57,446 nucleotides of DNA, filler included, from Sphacelaria rigidula (GCA_964200075.2; 3 parts of 3 records of this genome joined end to end with filler, not necessarily neighbours in it), one strand, 5' to 3'; shown: positions 24,501 through 38,477, counted from the whole stretch's first letter. The notes: a model not told the origin generated them from the letters alone. Made by a program: numbers and translations.

Positions 24501-27500
24501 CTGTGCTTTTTCCATCTCCAGGCGATGCTAAACTAATTACATCAGCAGAGGGTGGAGTAATGAAGCGGCCAGCGACCACAGACGGGCAGCTGATATTTAG
24601 TTCATACGCAACAAGCGTGCCTTCGGGAGAACATACCCCATATAATGATCAAGCAGTTCCACGCGGAGAGGCAAACAAGCATGCACTGAACAAAAGATCA
24701 TTTGTCAAAACGTGTACTGCGTACAGCATCAATTATTGCGTCTATTTAAATAGACAATAGATTCCATACTGTACGCAGTACACTTTTACAATATTATCCA
24801 CTGTCATCATCCAGGCTGTGCAAACGAGACGCGGATGTTGTATCGGGGTTTGAGCCCTTTCGGAGTATGATATCTCACTTCCAGTTTATTCGCGAAACAC
24901 TTCGGAGTTTGCTGGGCTATTTAAAATGATATTTAGATGAAGACTGCGAACTGCGAAAACCCTCCGCAAAGCGGGCTAGCCCCCCGTAGGCAACTAAGAG
25001 TCAATGCACGAACACTGACAAGCATCCGAGAGATCACATGAGCCGAGCGAACGCGACCGCTGGAAGGCCCAGCAATGACGAAGCTGCCACTCGTGCCGCC
25101 GGCAGCAATGTCATCGGGGACAAGGGCCGTCAGCAGCTACTGATCTCAAGACCAGTGTGCACCTGGCTTCCGATGATATACCTCCCGCACATTCACTGTA
25201 GCGTACTGTACCGTACGCTCGTCCTTGGACATCACCTCTCAAGACACGTCGTTGTTGCCATGACTTGTTCGCTGGGAGATACGTCCGTCGGTGAAAGGAT
25301 AGATACAGACGGACATATAAATGCACTTTGATGCGGTGCGATGCCATGCTACGCTGAGCCTTACTACCTCTCTCTGCTACGTACAGTTTATTTCATTCTC
25401 AACGAGACCTTTCAGGGTTTTTTTCGAATCTAGGGCGCGGGTTCCATACCGAACGGTCATGCTTCACAGCGCAATATGTGCTGAGGTGAGAGAGAGGGGC
25501 ACGCATCCTCGGAGGAGCTGGGTGCACATCGGCACGGAAAGCTGGAGCTGCAGGCAAGACCGGTGGCTACGGCGCTCGGATGGTAAGCAATGCATGTTAT
25601 GATGTACGGAGGAAGCGCTTGGTATGCGAGAAATGTGCCATCTCACGAGACACGTCGACTAAATTGGCACTGTGTACTTCGAGACGGCACGACTGGACTG
25701 ACCGTACGACGTGAATCACACCTGGGCAGGGCTGGAATTCCAGCTATCATTCCGTGAAAACGGACGAGTGCTCTCGATCCCACTTTGAGCGCAAGTCAAG
25801 CGGGGGAAACTCCGCCAAAAGGCCGACCAAGTGCATGTCGGAAAAAGCTCAAGATATCCACGTGGGAGCCTTACCGACAAACTTCGCAGCTTGGTTCTGA
25901 TTCTCCGGACTAGAAGACACAAGCAACCGCCACCGTAGTTGTAGTCTGTCGTGATGTCGCCCGCGCAAGTCCTGGCCCTGCCTGTTTGGGGACGTTATCC
26001 CCATCCCGAAAAGCTTCACGGTGGTCCTTGGCATAAAACGTTGTTATTTCGACTCAGCTGTATGGCCACATCTTGCGCGAGACGGGGTATGTTACCTAAG
26101 GCCAGCAGCCTCGACGATTTGACGAAGCCTGGCTGGTGGTCGTTATCTGTGTTTATGCGAGCTTAGCGTCAAGCGAAACGTGGTGCAACCTGAAAACTAG
26201 GCTGGCCACTGCTTCCGCGTCCATATCTTGCGCTTTATGATCGTCGTTCGAAACTGAAAGATCTTCCAACCGAAGGGACAGCATGGTGCATAATCATCCT
26301 TCCAACCCACGCATGCAGTGTACAAACCGCCTTGGGCCGCCGATGCCGTTCAGGCAAACCAACCTGCGGTCGCAACCGATACATGCTCCAAGTTTCAGTG
26401 TCATCAGACGCCAAGCGCGCTGTGATTGATCGCTCAACCTTCCGGAATTCACTGATGATAACGGACCAACACTGTGTATGATTCTGTCGTGGTGACCGTG
26501 AGTAGGGGGGGGGGTTGCTTGAATGAATGTTCTCTCTTCAGACTCCTGAACCAGCGTGGTAGATTTTGATTACGTGTGTCATTCTCTGTACTAGCGACCA
26601 GCCAGCAAGACGCGCTTTAGGTCGTTCGTGAGGCCGGGGCCCAAGGGGTTGAGCACCATCACCCCCACCCTGTCCTATGGTACCATCCCCGGGCCTACTG
26701 CACGTACGTTTGTTCGGCAACTTGAAACTCTCCGATATCTTACTTATGTGCGTTTTACACGCTGTCACAAATGTTTTATCTTTATTTGACTTCGGGCACA
26801 TATTTACCCAATATCAGACACAGGTAGCGTGGTGGCGGTGCTGTCACCGAAATCGTGCGCTTGGGTTTTCAGAATAATTCAAATTTCGCATTGGACGGCA
26901 CGGATGCAGGGTACAAAACACCCGATAAGGTCCAGTAGCTACATTTTGCAGATACTTCGCAATAGGAGTTCAATTGGGAGACTATACAGAGTACACTTTT
27001 TCTGCTGTTTTCGTCCATGGTGTAAGACATCACACCACTCACTTGTTCGCATGAAACTTTCCACACGTCGGACAAATCATGATCCATCCGATTCCTTGAT
27101 CTCGGTATATTGATCCGGACTATGATCCGCATCATTTGCCCCCCCTTTTCCATGTTTGATCCTTACAGCGCCGAAAGCCGAGCACGCCGTGTAGCGCTAA
27201 GGCTGCGCCTTGGCTTTTCTGACTCCACGGTTACATATAACGTCATTTTGGACCAACGGATTCGAGAGTCTTATTCGATCAGCTGTTTCAAACAGATCAT
27301 GATCTGTCCGACGTGTGAAAACGTTCACGAGATATCATTGATTTTGATTTGATTTTGATTGTCGCACTTCAAGTGAATCATTACTTGATTTTAGTGTGTA
27401 CACTGACCTTCGGATATTCAGTGGGGCCGACAGTCCCAAGTGCTCCCACCGTAGCCTGAGCACAGCGCGTTTCTGTCCAACTCGGCACCAAAGGAACCGA

Positions 27501-29530
27501 TTCGAAGTCTGCCAACGCACACTTTGCCTAGAGCACCCTCTGCACTGCCCTTGCCCGAGGGTTCACGGTATGCCTGTGGTTGGGGTCAGACTCAGAGTTA
27601 TTTCAAGTGAAACATTTCTAAGGAAGTACTTCAAAGAGCGATTCAACCAAGTGACGATACGAGCTCATAACGCTTTGACTGCGACGCCCCTCAGATGGAC
27701 CCTGACAAACCACGCCACATTTGGAGTTCAAAAAGCTGTTCGTTCACTAAACAAAGTCGCTTTTCCCAAGAACATGTGGATGTTGGGCATATATACACGC
27801 AAGATAGTCACGGAAAACCCCTGGCCAGTTTTGAGCCTCGCAGTGGAGTACATGCGGAGTTACCATGTTCCTCTTCGCTGAGAAGCTTTCCGTTTTCGTG
27901 GGCACATGCTTGTTATGGTTCACTAGCGGCGCACGCTGGCAGTCACCACTGGTGCAAAATATGCAACCAACATACATCCTGTGCTATTGTCTATGCTTTC
28001 GCAGCAGTCCTGGTACTGTCAGTGCAGGGCTGCCTCACCTTGAACTTATATGGATCATGCACGCATGTCACATCTTCTCTGTCTCCCTTCTTATCTCACT
28101 GTCGGTACTGCTGCTACTCTGCCATACATACATGATGCGAACGTTTTCCCATTAGCGGCTGAATATGTACAACGGTACAAAACAGTCAGCGTGCCCAGGC
28201 AAGACTGGCACACTTTGAGCATGTTTTGATCTTACACGCATGCCTCATCGTCTCAACTACATGTGCACCTTCTTCTGTAGCCTTTGTACCACTGTAGCTG
28301 TAGCTGATGCTGCTACTCTAGTGGAATACGAGCCCACAACCTCAGGACCAAACGGCATCACACATGTTCGTTGGATCTTTGTGAGCTCCGCACACAAGCA
28401 CTCGCGTCCTGGATTCATCTTCGGATCTTCCGGGTCTGCGGCCCAACCAAGAGGGGGCTACAAAGTTTCTCGGTCGTTGGGTTTTGGTCTTTTAGCGGGG
28501 TGTAATTCACAAAAAAATGGTATGGTCGTGATTGTTCGGCGTATCTTCTGCGGAGCCGGGGGATACGGTCACCACTTGCACAAAAAAAGGGTAAAATGGG
28601 TAAAATAGGGTAAGACAGGTAAAAATTGCGACAATCGATCAATCAATCAATCAATCGAAATGTGTATATGATTGGGCATTATAAAGGTCCACGCGTGAAC
28701 GAAAGAGGGCAAGGACAATTTCAAGCATATAGTAGCGTATATCCTCCTGGTTTGTTCACGAATGTCCTCTCATGGGCGGTCCTTTTCCGCGTCGTATTCA
28801 AGCCTACAGTACGCATCAGCACTCAAGATTGTTCTACTTTGGCTGAGGTCCACGTCTCATTTTCTCTTATTTCAACACAAATGCTTTCATCCAGTTTCCC
28901 ACCGAGTTTAGCACAAATGACTACAGTTCTTATTCCCTCGCCGAGTCCAACATATATGCTCATCTGTGAATTCTTATATTGCCGAAATTTTCAGCATCAA
29001 ATTCTCGACTGCCCGATTCTCCGGTGCTGACGCGTACTGTAGTACGATGTGTGAGAAATGATGAAAATGGTCGGGCATCCTGCCCAGACACGTCGTGCAT
29101 GGGGCTGAAGCGCCGGAATGTACTTTCGAGGTATTCAGCCTGCGTGCAGCGCTGCGCCCTAAACCGAAAAATTGCGTCACCCTTTTCAGTTCCAAAAGCA
29201 CCGGGGTGTAGCCTTTTTTGTGTATTGCCCATCGAAAAAGTGCGGTGAAAAGTACATTCCGATAGATGAATCGCTCCAACCCTGAAGGCGTGTCTTGACA
29301 CAATGCGAAATATTCTCAATCAAGTGAATATGTGTTTTGTGGGGACGAAAGAATTTCCAATCGCATCATTGAATGAATTAAATCACACATCAATCTTGGA
29401 AGGACGCCCCTCCCCAACCGTCACACCGCTGCGCCGCCGCAGTGGGTCGTCGGCTGCCTGGCCACAGCACAACCCCTTCGTGCAACAGTTCCCATCGCCA
29501 GAACGGCAGCCAGCATACAGCCCCTTCACC

Positions 29531-30734
29531 ATGCCAGCTGCCTTCGCCGGAGCTGCCGGATCCTTCGTCGGGAGTAGACATCACCAGCCCGCATTCGCGA
29601 CCGGGCTACTGGCATCATCATCATCATAATCTCCGACCTCTGCTGCTGGTCCTCCACACTCGGGTTCGAGGGTGAAAGGGCGGAGGAATCACGCCTCCAG
29701 AAAAAAGCCCAGCACAAGACACGAGTGGACGGTTGGAAGAAAACACAAACGCGTGTGATCTGGGCGTAGCGCGGGAGAATGCCACACGCAATGAAGAAGA
29801 GTGAACTGCAGGGCCTTATGAGCGACATCCTTCTCGTTACTACCAACGTCTTCACCGCCCTGTCGGAAATGGGTGGGTTCAACGTGATGGATTTCGGTCC
29901 GTGTGGCCGATATTACTCGTCAACGTCTATCTCGATCGTCGACCGCCTGGCGCTGGTGAAGCACGGAATAGCAAAACTGTTACGTACCGGCCTTGAGGCT
30001 ATCCACCCTCAGGCTGACGGAGAGTCGGCTACATGCATTCAGCGCATATCCCAGCTGGAACCGGCGTTTGACAAGGTATTCCAGACATTTCGCATGTATG
30101 CGATGACCCCCGCTGTGCAGGTCGAAGAAAAATCTGCATTGTTCGAGGAAATGGTCAACACGGACCTGCGGGGATGGACAGAGGCCATCACCAACGAGTT
30201 CCATTTCTTCCTGGCTCGACACGACTCGCCCCCGCCATTAGCAGCAAGCACACCGATGATGTCCCAACCTTCCCGACTTTGCAACACTATCTCGATTCTG
30301 GAAATATGTTGGTGGAGGAGAATTTCGAGCAAGACCGCAGAAAACGGAGTGCCCCGACTGGCGGCGGGACTGACCCAAGAAAACGGGCGGCGACAGCACC
30401 CGCCGCAAAGCGGGACCTCACTTGTTTCAAGTGGTTGGCTGGAAAAGACGGGCTCACCGAGGAGCAGTGTAAATACCGCCACGTGGAAGGTTTGGGGCGT
30501 GACCGAGCCGGGGTGGAGACAAAGAGGGCCCGTCGTTCGGCACCAGCGAGGGCCGAAGAGGGAAATAGTGGACGAGGGGGCGGTACTCAGGATCGTGATG
30601 CACAGGCGGGTAGGGGTGCGGGCACCACGAGCCAAACTTCCGCGGCACGTTCGGCCCCCGGAGGTCGGGGTACGGCCCGTGGAGGAGGACCAACGGCAGC
30701 GACCGGTTTGAATGCACCGCCGACATCTGGATAG
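29531..30734 (+). pseudogene. gag-like ORF1 of the YR retrotransposon, disrupted
   Basis: Overlapping broken ORFs (29779-30711, 30174-30734) with a C-x-W...CKYRH zinc-knuckle-like motif and an RG-rich tail, upstream of the RT. Confidence 0.6.
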
Positions 30735-31012
30735 GGGTGCGGGCTCCGCCGAGGGTCGGTGGGGCCGACGGTGTAGGATGCCGGGCGGAGATACTTCTAG
30801 GAGGCTTGAGGGGGCTAGCTTGAGACGCGTTGGCGCAAGCAGACCACACTATTGGTGAACGCGAGCCGCTTGTGCCAGGATCATTGGGAATGCAAAACTC
30901 TGGTGTGTGTTGTTCGAATAATATCCCACTTGCAGACGACTATTCCGCGGATAACCCAGTTGTCACTGAGATTCTTGACTTGATTGCACAGTGACAGCAC
31001 CAAGTTGGTCGA

Positions 31013-33025
31013 TTGCAGGATGATCAGTATGGTTTAGAACAATTGCGAGTCATATATGCACGTATGGGGTCTGAACTCTTGGCAATAACGGAGGGAAGTA
31101 TTGGTGATTTGGTGAATATCATTGGGTTTTCGCAATTTGCACCGCATATAGATGTCAGCCGTGTGTCACACTGGTTTGGGGGATTCAAGAAATGTCCTGG
31201 AATCGAGCGTGTACTGGGCACGTTGAAACCAGGGGCTAAGGTGGGTGTTAACGAGGTCGGCGATGGACTTTTGGCGTCAGAATATGGTAACCACCGCAGC
31301 ACTATCCTCTATGCTCGACAGTTGCGACCGAAAGCGATAACAGATGTGATTACCGGCAGGGCCATTGTTTTCGAAAAAAGTTGAGACCGCGAAACTGAAG
31401 AATTACGGGTCTCTCCTGTGGGAGTCGTAGAAGATAAATTTAGGATTATCCATGACCTCTCTTTTCCCCGCAACGACCCTGATGGAAATACAAGCGTTAA
31501 CGCGGGCACGGATTTTGAATCTGCGCCGCCAGTCGCACCGGGTCACGTACTGAAGGAGGTGACGTTACGCATTTTGCATCTGCGCAAATCGCAGGGTGCA
31601 GCCGCGCGTATCGTACTCAGTAAAATGGATGTGAGTGAGGCCTATCGACAGGTACCTGTAGATCCTACCGGTGCGCATGGTTTTTGTTACACTGTGGATG
31701 GCGTAGTGGTCTCTGATCTGCGGTTGCAATTTGGATGGCGGAGTAGTGCCGGTTTCTGGGCATTAATGGCCTCCGCATTGGAATACTCACATAATCACAC
31801 TACTTTCAGCGGCGCTGGCATATCGGGAGCCGGGCGGGCGGCGTCAGCGGGGATCACAGTGGCGGCGCCACGTAATCGGCCCATTGTGCATGTACCTGCC
31901 GATTGTGACCAAATCTCGGGCGCCGGCGGTTGTCTTTCAGACCCATTTTTTGTACGATACTACACACAGATGACGCAATACTTGTAGAAATCGTCCAGTG
32001 GCTAGATTTTTGTCGATGTTTGCGAGCAACCCAGTCCCTGGCGTCCGACCATTTTCGTTTGTTGGGGGAACGGGGTGATCAAGACCCCCCGTTGCTATCG
32101 GCCCACAAGATGTCTGACTGGGACACCAGTATGGAGGTGCTGGGATGGATTTTGGATACTGAGGCATTGACGACTTCGATGTCTGGAAAGAAAGTACGCA
32201 AATTGCAGGCACCCGTTACGAACTGGCCGCCATTGCGGAAATACGCCACCCTACGAGAAATAGAATCCCTCACGAATTTTGTTTTGCACATATCATTCGT
32301 GATTCGTCCAGGACAATTCTTTTTGCGGCGGATATTGCAATCCGTGAACTTGTCCACAGTACAAAAGGCCGGGGTAGGAATGACGGAATTTGCCGTGCGT
32401 ACAGCAGACCGCAACCGGCGAGTCGGACTCGGGGCGGAATTTGACGGTGATATAGATTTTTGGAGGTGGCTCGCCTCGGACGGTCTATCCCTCCTCGGGG
32501 GTCAAATGTTTGACCATACATACCACCCATTGAAGCGGAGCCCAGCGCGCTCGCGGTTTTCCGATGCATCCGCATTGGCGATTGGTGGTTTTTGTTCAGA
32601 AACCGGCACGTGGTAGCGGTATGATCTGACGCCAAACCAACGGAACCGAATTCATGGTCACCAAATCCATCACGGGAATGACATTTCCATGAATGTTCTT
32701 GAATTACTGGGAATGGTCATCTCTGCGTGGATGATGGTGGTTCTAAGAAAAACCGGGCGGTACCAAAGATTGCGTTTTATCGCGTGGGGATAACAAATCT
32801 GCTGTGCAATGGATTGAGAAGTCCCGGGGGGGTGAAGAACCGTGGGCAGGGGCGTTGATGCGTTATTTCGGGGCTCTTGAAATGGCCAGTGGATGGTATT
32901 TCGACGCCATACATGTCCCCGGTGTACTAAACAATGTAGCAGGTGGTATTTCGAGGTGGCCGCGACAGTCTGTCACCACTAATTTGATTGCGTTGCGTCC
33001 CGATGTCCGTGGTATGAACAGGTGA
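31013..33025 (+). pseudogene. Reverse transcriptase / RNase H of the YR retrotransposon (frameshifts and stops)
   Basis: Motifs YGNHRS, SPVGVV..KFRIIHDLSFP..SVN, SKMDVSEAYRQVPV, LQFGWRSS, a frameshifted YxDD (TDDAILVE at about 31965), RNase H FSDAS..IGG, NVLELLG, DNKSAVQW and HVPGVLNNVA..ISR. Confidence 0.9.
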
Positions 33026-33169
33026 TAAGAGACCCGGGGATCCAGCTTTGTTCCAACATTTTGGATTCGAGTTGGCCAAACGATCCATTGCGCAAACGTC
33101 TGAGCAGCCTTACCAAGGATATTTTGGGTCATTCGTTCGCTTGCGGCGCGACATGAATACCCCGGATTT

Positions 33170-34153
33170 TTGCTTCAAGGGAAAAATACAATGGACTATG
33201 TGAATGTTATTCTGTCTTATGTGTCTTACGCCTGCTTAGTGTACGGGTTACAAGCAGCAACAATTGGAGATCATCTAGCAGCTGTTGAGTATTTCCACCA
33301 GATATTGTTCAACCTGGATTTACCTGTTGGGCACGCCTTGGTGCAAAAGGCGCTAAAAGGGGTCGAGCGTAGTCACACCGAGGACGGGAACCAACCGCGA
33401 GTAAGGCGCCCTATATCTTGAGCGACGTTATGCACAGCTGAAAAGCTGGTGTCACAATGGAGACCTCGGGGCCGGGTACTATTTTCGGGTCTCGGAATGT
33501 CATATTTCTTCCTAACCGGCGCATCCGAAATGTTTGCTGAGAACAAACATGGCGTACATCCTGCATATTGCTTGCGTAGGAAGGACGTAGCATTATTTCA
33601 TGAGGAGCGGCAACTGGAATGGCCATTCTGGTTTTTGGCTGATCGTGTTGAGGTACGCTTTCGTGCATCCAAGGGTGACCAGATGAGACGGGGGGCGATC
33701 GTTACACGTACAAAACGTTGCGCCAGTCATCATACAGACAATACGGATTCTCCGATGCTAGGAGCGGTAGACGTGGTGGTGGAATTGTCGTCTTCATTCC
33801 GGAATCCGTCCGTAGATTCACCGTTAATGACATATTTACATGGCGATGGGGTACACGTTTGGTGGACCCAGGGTCAGGCCACCAAAGCATTACGGACGTT
33901 GGTAGCGGCGGCGGGAGCAAACCCGTATGAGTACGCATTGCACTCCCTACGTATTGGCGGGGCTGCTCAACTTTCAGCTGGAAGAATATCGCCTGACATA
34001 TTGCAGAAAGAAGGAAGGTGGAAGTCGGATGTCTTCAAGACTTACGTGAGAAAAAGTGAAGAGAGTGCAAACAGGGAGTCTGACGCCGTAGAAAAGGAGT
34101 CGACCGGGAGGCGGAAGCAACCGGGAGAAGGAACCTATTGGAATGGTTTGTGA
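33170..34153 (+). pseudogene. Tyrosine recombinase of the YR retrotransposon, disrupted
   Basis: FRASKGDQ, HSLRIGGA and GRWKSDVFKTY motifs. The first catalytic Arg position reads G (FFLTGASE), and there is an in-frame stop at 33419-33421. Confidence 0.9.
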
Positions 34154-34888
34154 AATGATTGGAATGCATTTATACATGGTGTGAGAGAAGGTAGGCTTTG
34201 GCAAACACAGGCGAGGCGAATATGTGCATTGGAGGTTTGGGGATAATTAACACAAATCTGTGCACTCAGAATAAACTGGCAACGTGGTTTGGTGGCGGGC
34301 AGGGACCTACGGTTTTTGCCAGTTGGCGTTGTCAGTTTTTCTTCGTGACAACTTACATTCGGGGTGGCTGTCATTTTGGAAAAATACTCCCCCCCACACA
34401 CACCTGCCCTGTGCACAGGGCTTTTATTAATGCACAAATCCGGAAGCCAAGTACAAAGCGAAATACTCCCAGTCAAGGGAATATGTGTTTTGAGCGAGCG
34501 AAAGAATTTCCAATCGCATCATTGAATTAAATTGAATTACACATTAATCATGTTACATGTGTAATGACGAGTACCGAACAGAAACAGAATGGATCAGGGC
34601 TCGAGACGTCTGTATAGCTGATACCGAACATCGAAGCGATTGCCATTTAACACGCTGAGAGAGTGGTAGGCAGACGTAGTAGCAGGCGTGCAGAACGGTG
34701 GCCTGAACATCCAGCCATCTTACTGTTCGATTGCAGGCAGTACGAGTGCTGAAGGTGGTACACCCGGAACACTTACTTTGCGCTGTGAGCAGTCGGAGAG
34801 AGGTCTCATCGTTTCCCTACCCGCCCACCCTGTGCTTTTGAAGGGTGTCATCGTGTAGAGATATGACCACTACCTCCACCCGGCGAGT

Positions 34889-35620
34889 TGCCTCATCCAC
34901 GAGACGAAACATTTGATGCTTCCTCCACGAGAAGAGATGTAATGCCTACTGCGTGAAAAGAGTTGTCTAATGCCTCTTTCGCGAGAAGAGATGTAATGCC
35001 TCCTGCGTGAAAAAGAGATGTCTAATGCCTCTTTCGCTTTTTGTCTCATCCACGAGACGAAACATCTGATGCCTTCTCCACGAGAAGAGATGTAATGCCT
35101 CCTGCGTGAAAAGAGATGTCTAATGCCTCTTTCACGAGAAGAAATATCTTGCCTCATGCGTGCAAAGAGATGTCTAATGACTCTTTCGCAAAAAGATATA
35201 TGTAATGCCTCATGCGTGAAAAGAGATGCATAATGCCTCTCTCGCGAGAAGAGAGATGTTGCCTCGTCCACGAGAAGAAATACATGCTGCCATCTCCACG
35301 AGAAGAGATGTAATGCCTCATGCGTGAAAAAGAGATGTCTAATGCCTCTTTCGCTTGTTGTCTCATCCACGAGACGGAAGGTATGCTGCCTCCTCCACGA
35401 GAAGAGATGTAATGCCTCATACGTGAAAAGAGATGTCTAAAATAGAGCCTCTTCATGTGTGCATTTGCATAATGCCTCATCCATGGGAGAGATGTCTAAT
35501 GCCTCAATCACAATATGTATACCTATATATATCGTGCCTCATCCACCACAAAAGATATCTGCTGCCTCATTTGCGAGAAGGATTTATATATATATATATA
35601 TATATAATGCCTCATCCACG
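34889..35620. repeat. Minisatellite (about 25-30 bp units, core gagatgt(ct)aatgcctc) with a higher-order block
   Basis: Many adjacent copies of gagaagagatgtaatgcctc and gtgaaaagagatgtctaatgcctc; the block ctcatccacgagacg recurs at about 34892, 35046 and 35362. Confidence 0.9.
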
Positions 35621-36911
35621 ATTAGAAGTACGGCCAATCGCGAGGATCACTCTGGCGTATTCTCGCTCTCGGCAAACAGGGCTCCTTGGTTTTTACCCTT
35701 TCCATTTCGAAAAAAAAAGGGAGGGGGGGGGGGGGGGCACACGAACCACAGACGTCCTGGTTGGACGTGCTGNNNNNNNNNNACCTTGCTCATAATATAG
35801 ACAAAAATAAACAGGCGGCTTGTATTTTAACAATAACAAAAAAAAAAAAAAAGGGGGGGGGGGGGGGGGGACACAAGAACTACAGACGTTCTCGTTGTAC
35901 CGTCTGTATGTGTTCGACCCATTATTCATCATGTAATATGTATAATGAGAGGGAGTACTCAAGGCTGTCCTTGAGGTTGGCGGGCAGGGACCTACGGTTC
36001 TGCCAGTTGGCGTTGTCAGTTTTTCTTCGTGGCCACTTACATTCGGGGTGGCTGGCATTTTGGAAAAATGCTCCCTCCCCCCACACCTGCCTTGTGCACA
36101 GGACTTTTATTAATGCACAAACCCGAAAGCCGAGTACGAATGTTTTCGATCGAAAAAAAGGAGCGGTGGAATTGATATGAGCGAAATTGGCTCGCTTTTG
36201 TAGAGTTGGATCCAAGCGAAGTTTCAAGCTTTCGACCGGAAAAAGGCAATGAAATTCGTCGGTACGTGGCCCTACTGTACAGACAGTCTGTACTGTCTGC
36301 ACTGTTTGGATGCAGTGTGTGTAGGTGTGTGGGTGCGTGTTTCGTAAAGTAGGATCATATAGAGAATATGCGGGCAACATGCAGTACAGACAACGCAAGA
36401 CAATCTGTTCCATCTGCTGACTATGCGACGTGATAATAACTTGTACAACGTGCAGCTTGCTATTGCCTGCACTGTTCATGAGCGCGACGTAATCCGGTTG
36501 CCCACCCTACCACGCCGTTTCATCGCTGATCCTTACCATGAAAAGGTTTCGCCAACATAAATAAAAAAGGCATACCCAACACCTGCAGCGTTTCTATCCC
36601 CGTGCTTGCTCGTGTTTCACGCTGTAGGGTTGCGATGGTGGCTGAGAGTGAGTTATGGAGCTTGCACGGTTCAGTGAACTGGTGATATCTGGCGTGGTGG
36701 TCTGGAAGATAGGAGTCAAGTACCGCTTCGAGCCTTTCGACCGCATGGTTTTCGATCGAAAAAGCTTTTTGTTTGTCTTTGATACTTTTCCCTCGCGCGC
36801 CACTAGTTATAGTTTTGAGTTGAAGCTTTTTGGAAAAAGAAATGCGGTAGACCTGTCAAATCGGGAAAAAAACGACCGCACTTTCGATTAAAAAAAAAGA
36901 AGCAATACACG

Positions 36912-37080
36912 CCCTCAGACCGCGAGAGGTTGCTCATGGACAATATTGACCTCCTTTCGCCGTCCAAGTGTTGGACCTTTGATCCTCACCAGCATAGGTA
37001 CGTATATCTGTTGAACCGGCATCAATTGAACTTGAAAAAAGTATGCATAGTTCCGATGGACTACCCTCGAGATCTGAGGG
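36912..37080. mobile_element. Small TIR element (CCCTCAGA...TCTGAGGG), related to the palindromes at 43071-43321
   Basis: ccctcagaccgcgagagg versus the reverse complement of the right end, ccctcagatctcgagggt. Confidence 0.55.
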
Positions 37081-37949
37081 ATAAACATGAAATTACGTGG
37101 ACACAAATGACGACCTGTGCTGACCTATCCGATCAAATTTTTTATCTTCTGTCCATTTTTTTTTTTATTGTAGAACAACTCGAATAAAGGCGGCGTACCT
37201 GTCGTCCACCTGGAGAACCTTTTCATCATTTTCTATAGCTGTGACTGATCAGAATCGTTGCCGCCCGTCTCGAGCGATGTTGGTGACTTGGAATTATCTG
37301 CAGGACACTTTCGAACATACTTGGCTGACTTTGTGAGCTTTACGGCTATTTTGCGAACGGACACTTTTCCCCCTGCCCCCCCCCCCCCCCCCCCCCCACC
37401 GGTCCCGAAGATAACTTCCCCTCTCCCCTGGAAACCCCTGTCTCCGGACTGTCTACCGGTGAAACTGTTCCGAAGTGACGCTCGCAGTCTAAGGTCGCCC
37501 AGGACTAGTTCGAGGTCTAGAATAAGATTCCAAGGCGAGAGGAGGTTGGCTGGGACGGAGATGGCCAAAGTCAAGAATAATCCCTCGCCCGGATGCATAT
37601 ATCCCTACTGTAGCGTGTGATGTACACGTCGCCAGTCCTAGAACAGCTAGGTGAGGGCGTGCAAGCGTGTTTGATTATACATGTAGCTGCCCTACTTTGG
37701 CAGCTGGAAACATAGACCTCGATGGCCACGAAACCCATCTCACCTAGAGAGTCAAGCCCGAGGGTGGGAGATGAGCAATGCAGAGAAGCTTCGGGAAGAG
37801 GAAGACTGCTGGAATGTCGGCTGTTGTGAACAACATGGAGAAGTAAACGTGCTGCGGTCAGGCTCCGACCCCATAGGGCAACCTCTGCATTGAATTAAAT
37901 AAAGCGCACTGAAGTAAATTACGTACGAGGTTGTGGAGGCACTTCAGTG

Positions 37950-38175
37950 TGGCAGAGTCCTCGATGAGACTGAGTTGAATAGTTCGTTACACAGGTTGTC
38001 AGTCCCAACAGCCTTGCCGTTGGTCAACTTGCCCGATGCTTTCTTCACTTCTTCTATCGAAGGCTCGGCCGCGAGCGCTGCGTTCCCCGGCATCTGTTCG
38101 ATGGCATCGACGGCAGAGTCTTTGAGCGTAAACGAGATTGCATTCAAAAGCTTCTCGAACCACTCTTTCCTCATC
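37950..38175 (-). mobile_element. Non-LTR retrotransposon (RTE-like LINE) ORF2 fragment, pre-RT region
   Basis: Minus-strand translation EWFEKLLNA...EPSIEEVKKASGKLTNGKAVGTDNLCNELF matches the LINE W..F..LLN and KAxGxDxxxxELF motifs. Confidence 0.72.
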
Positions 38176-38275
38176 TATACGAGCTGGGCCAGCCTAGAGG
38201 CTGCATGGACGTTTGCAGGCGGATGCGCCGCCCAATATTTGGAGTTAGATCCTGAAATTTGGTATGGATAATGCA

Positions 38276-38375
38276 NNNNNNNNNNNNNNNNNNNNNNNNN
38301 NNNNNNNNNNNNNNNNNNNTTAATTAATTAANNNNNNNNNNNNNNNNNNNNNNNNNNNNNNNNNNNNNNNNNNNN
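38276..38375. other. Assembly gap with a TTAATTAATTAA spacer
   Basis: 44 N + ttaattaattaa + 44 N. Confidence 0.97.
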
Positions 38376-38477
38376 CACTTAAAGCGAATGATCGAAGCCA
38401 CTCTTAATCGTATCATCGACTCTCAATCTCACGAAAACACTGTTGATAGCGTTAAGGGGAAAGGAAAGCACAAACAA

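Larger units (their letters stand above)
29305..36140 (+). mobile_element. Decayed tyrosine-recombinase retrotransposon (DIRS order, Ngaro-like split direct repeats)
   Basis: Order gag-like, RT/RNase H, tyrosine recombinase. Repeat A1 29305-29395 matches A2 34458-34549; B1 about 34293-34457 matches B2 about 35978-36140. The 3' limit is uncertain because about 1.4 kb and a gap separate A2 from B2. Confidence 0.85.

Noticed and set aside
33449..34153. Phage integrase / prophage or bacterial contamination
   Set aside because: The recombinase follows RT/RNase H in DIRS-order arrangement with split direct repeats, and the flanking genes are spliceosomal.
34870..35480. CRISPR-like array or repeat-protein ORFs
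   Set aside because: Units are contiguous with no unique spacers, there are no cas genes and the context is eukaryotic; the ORFs arise from a stop-poor minisatellite.
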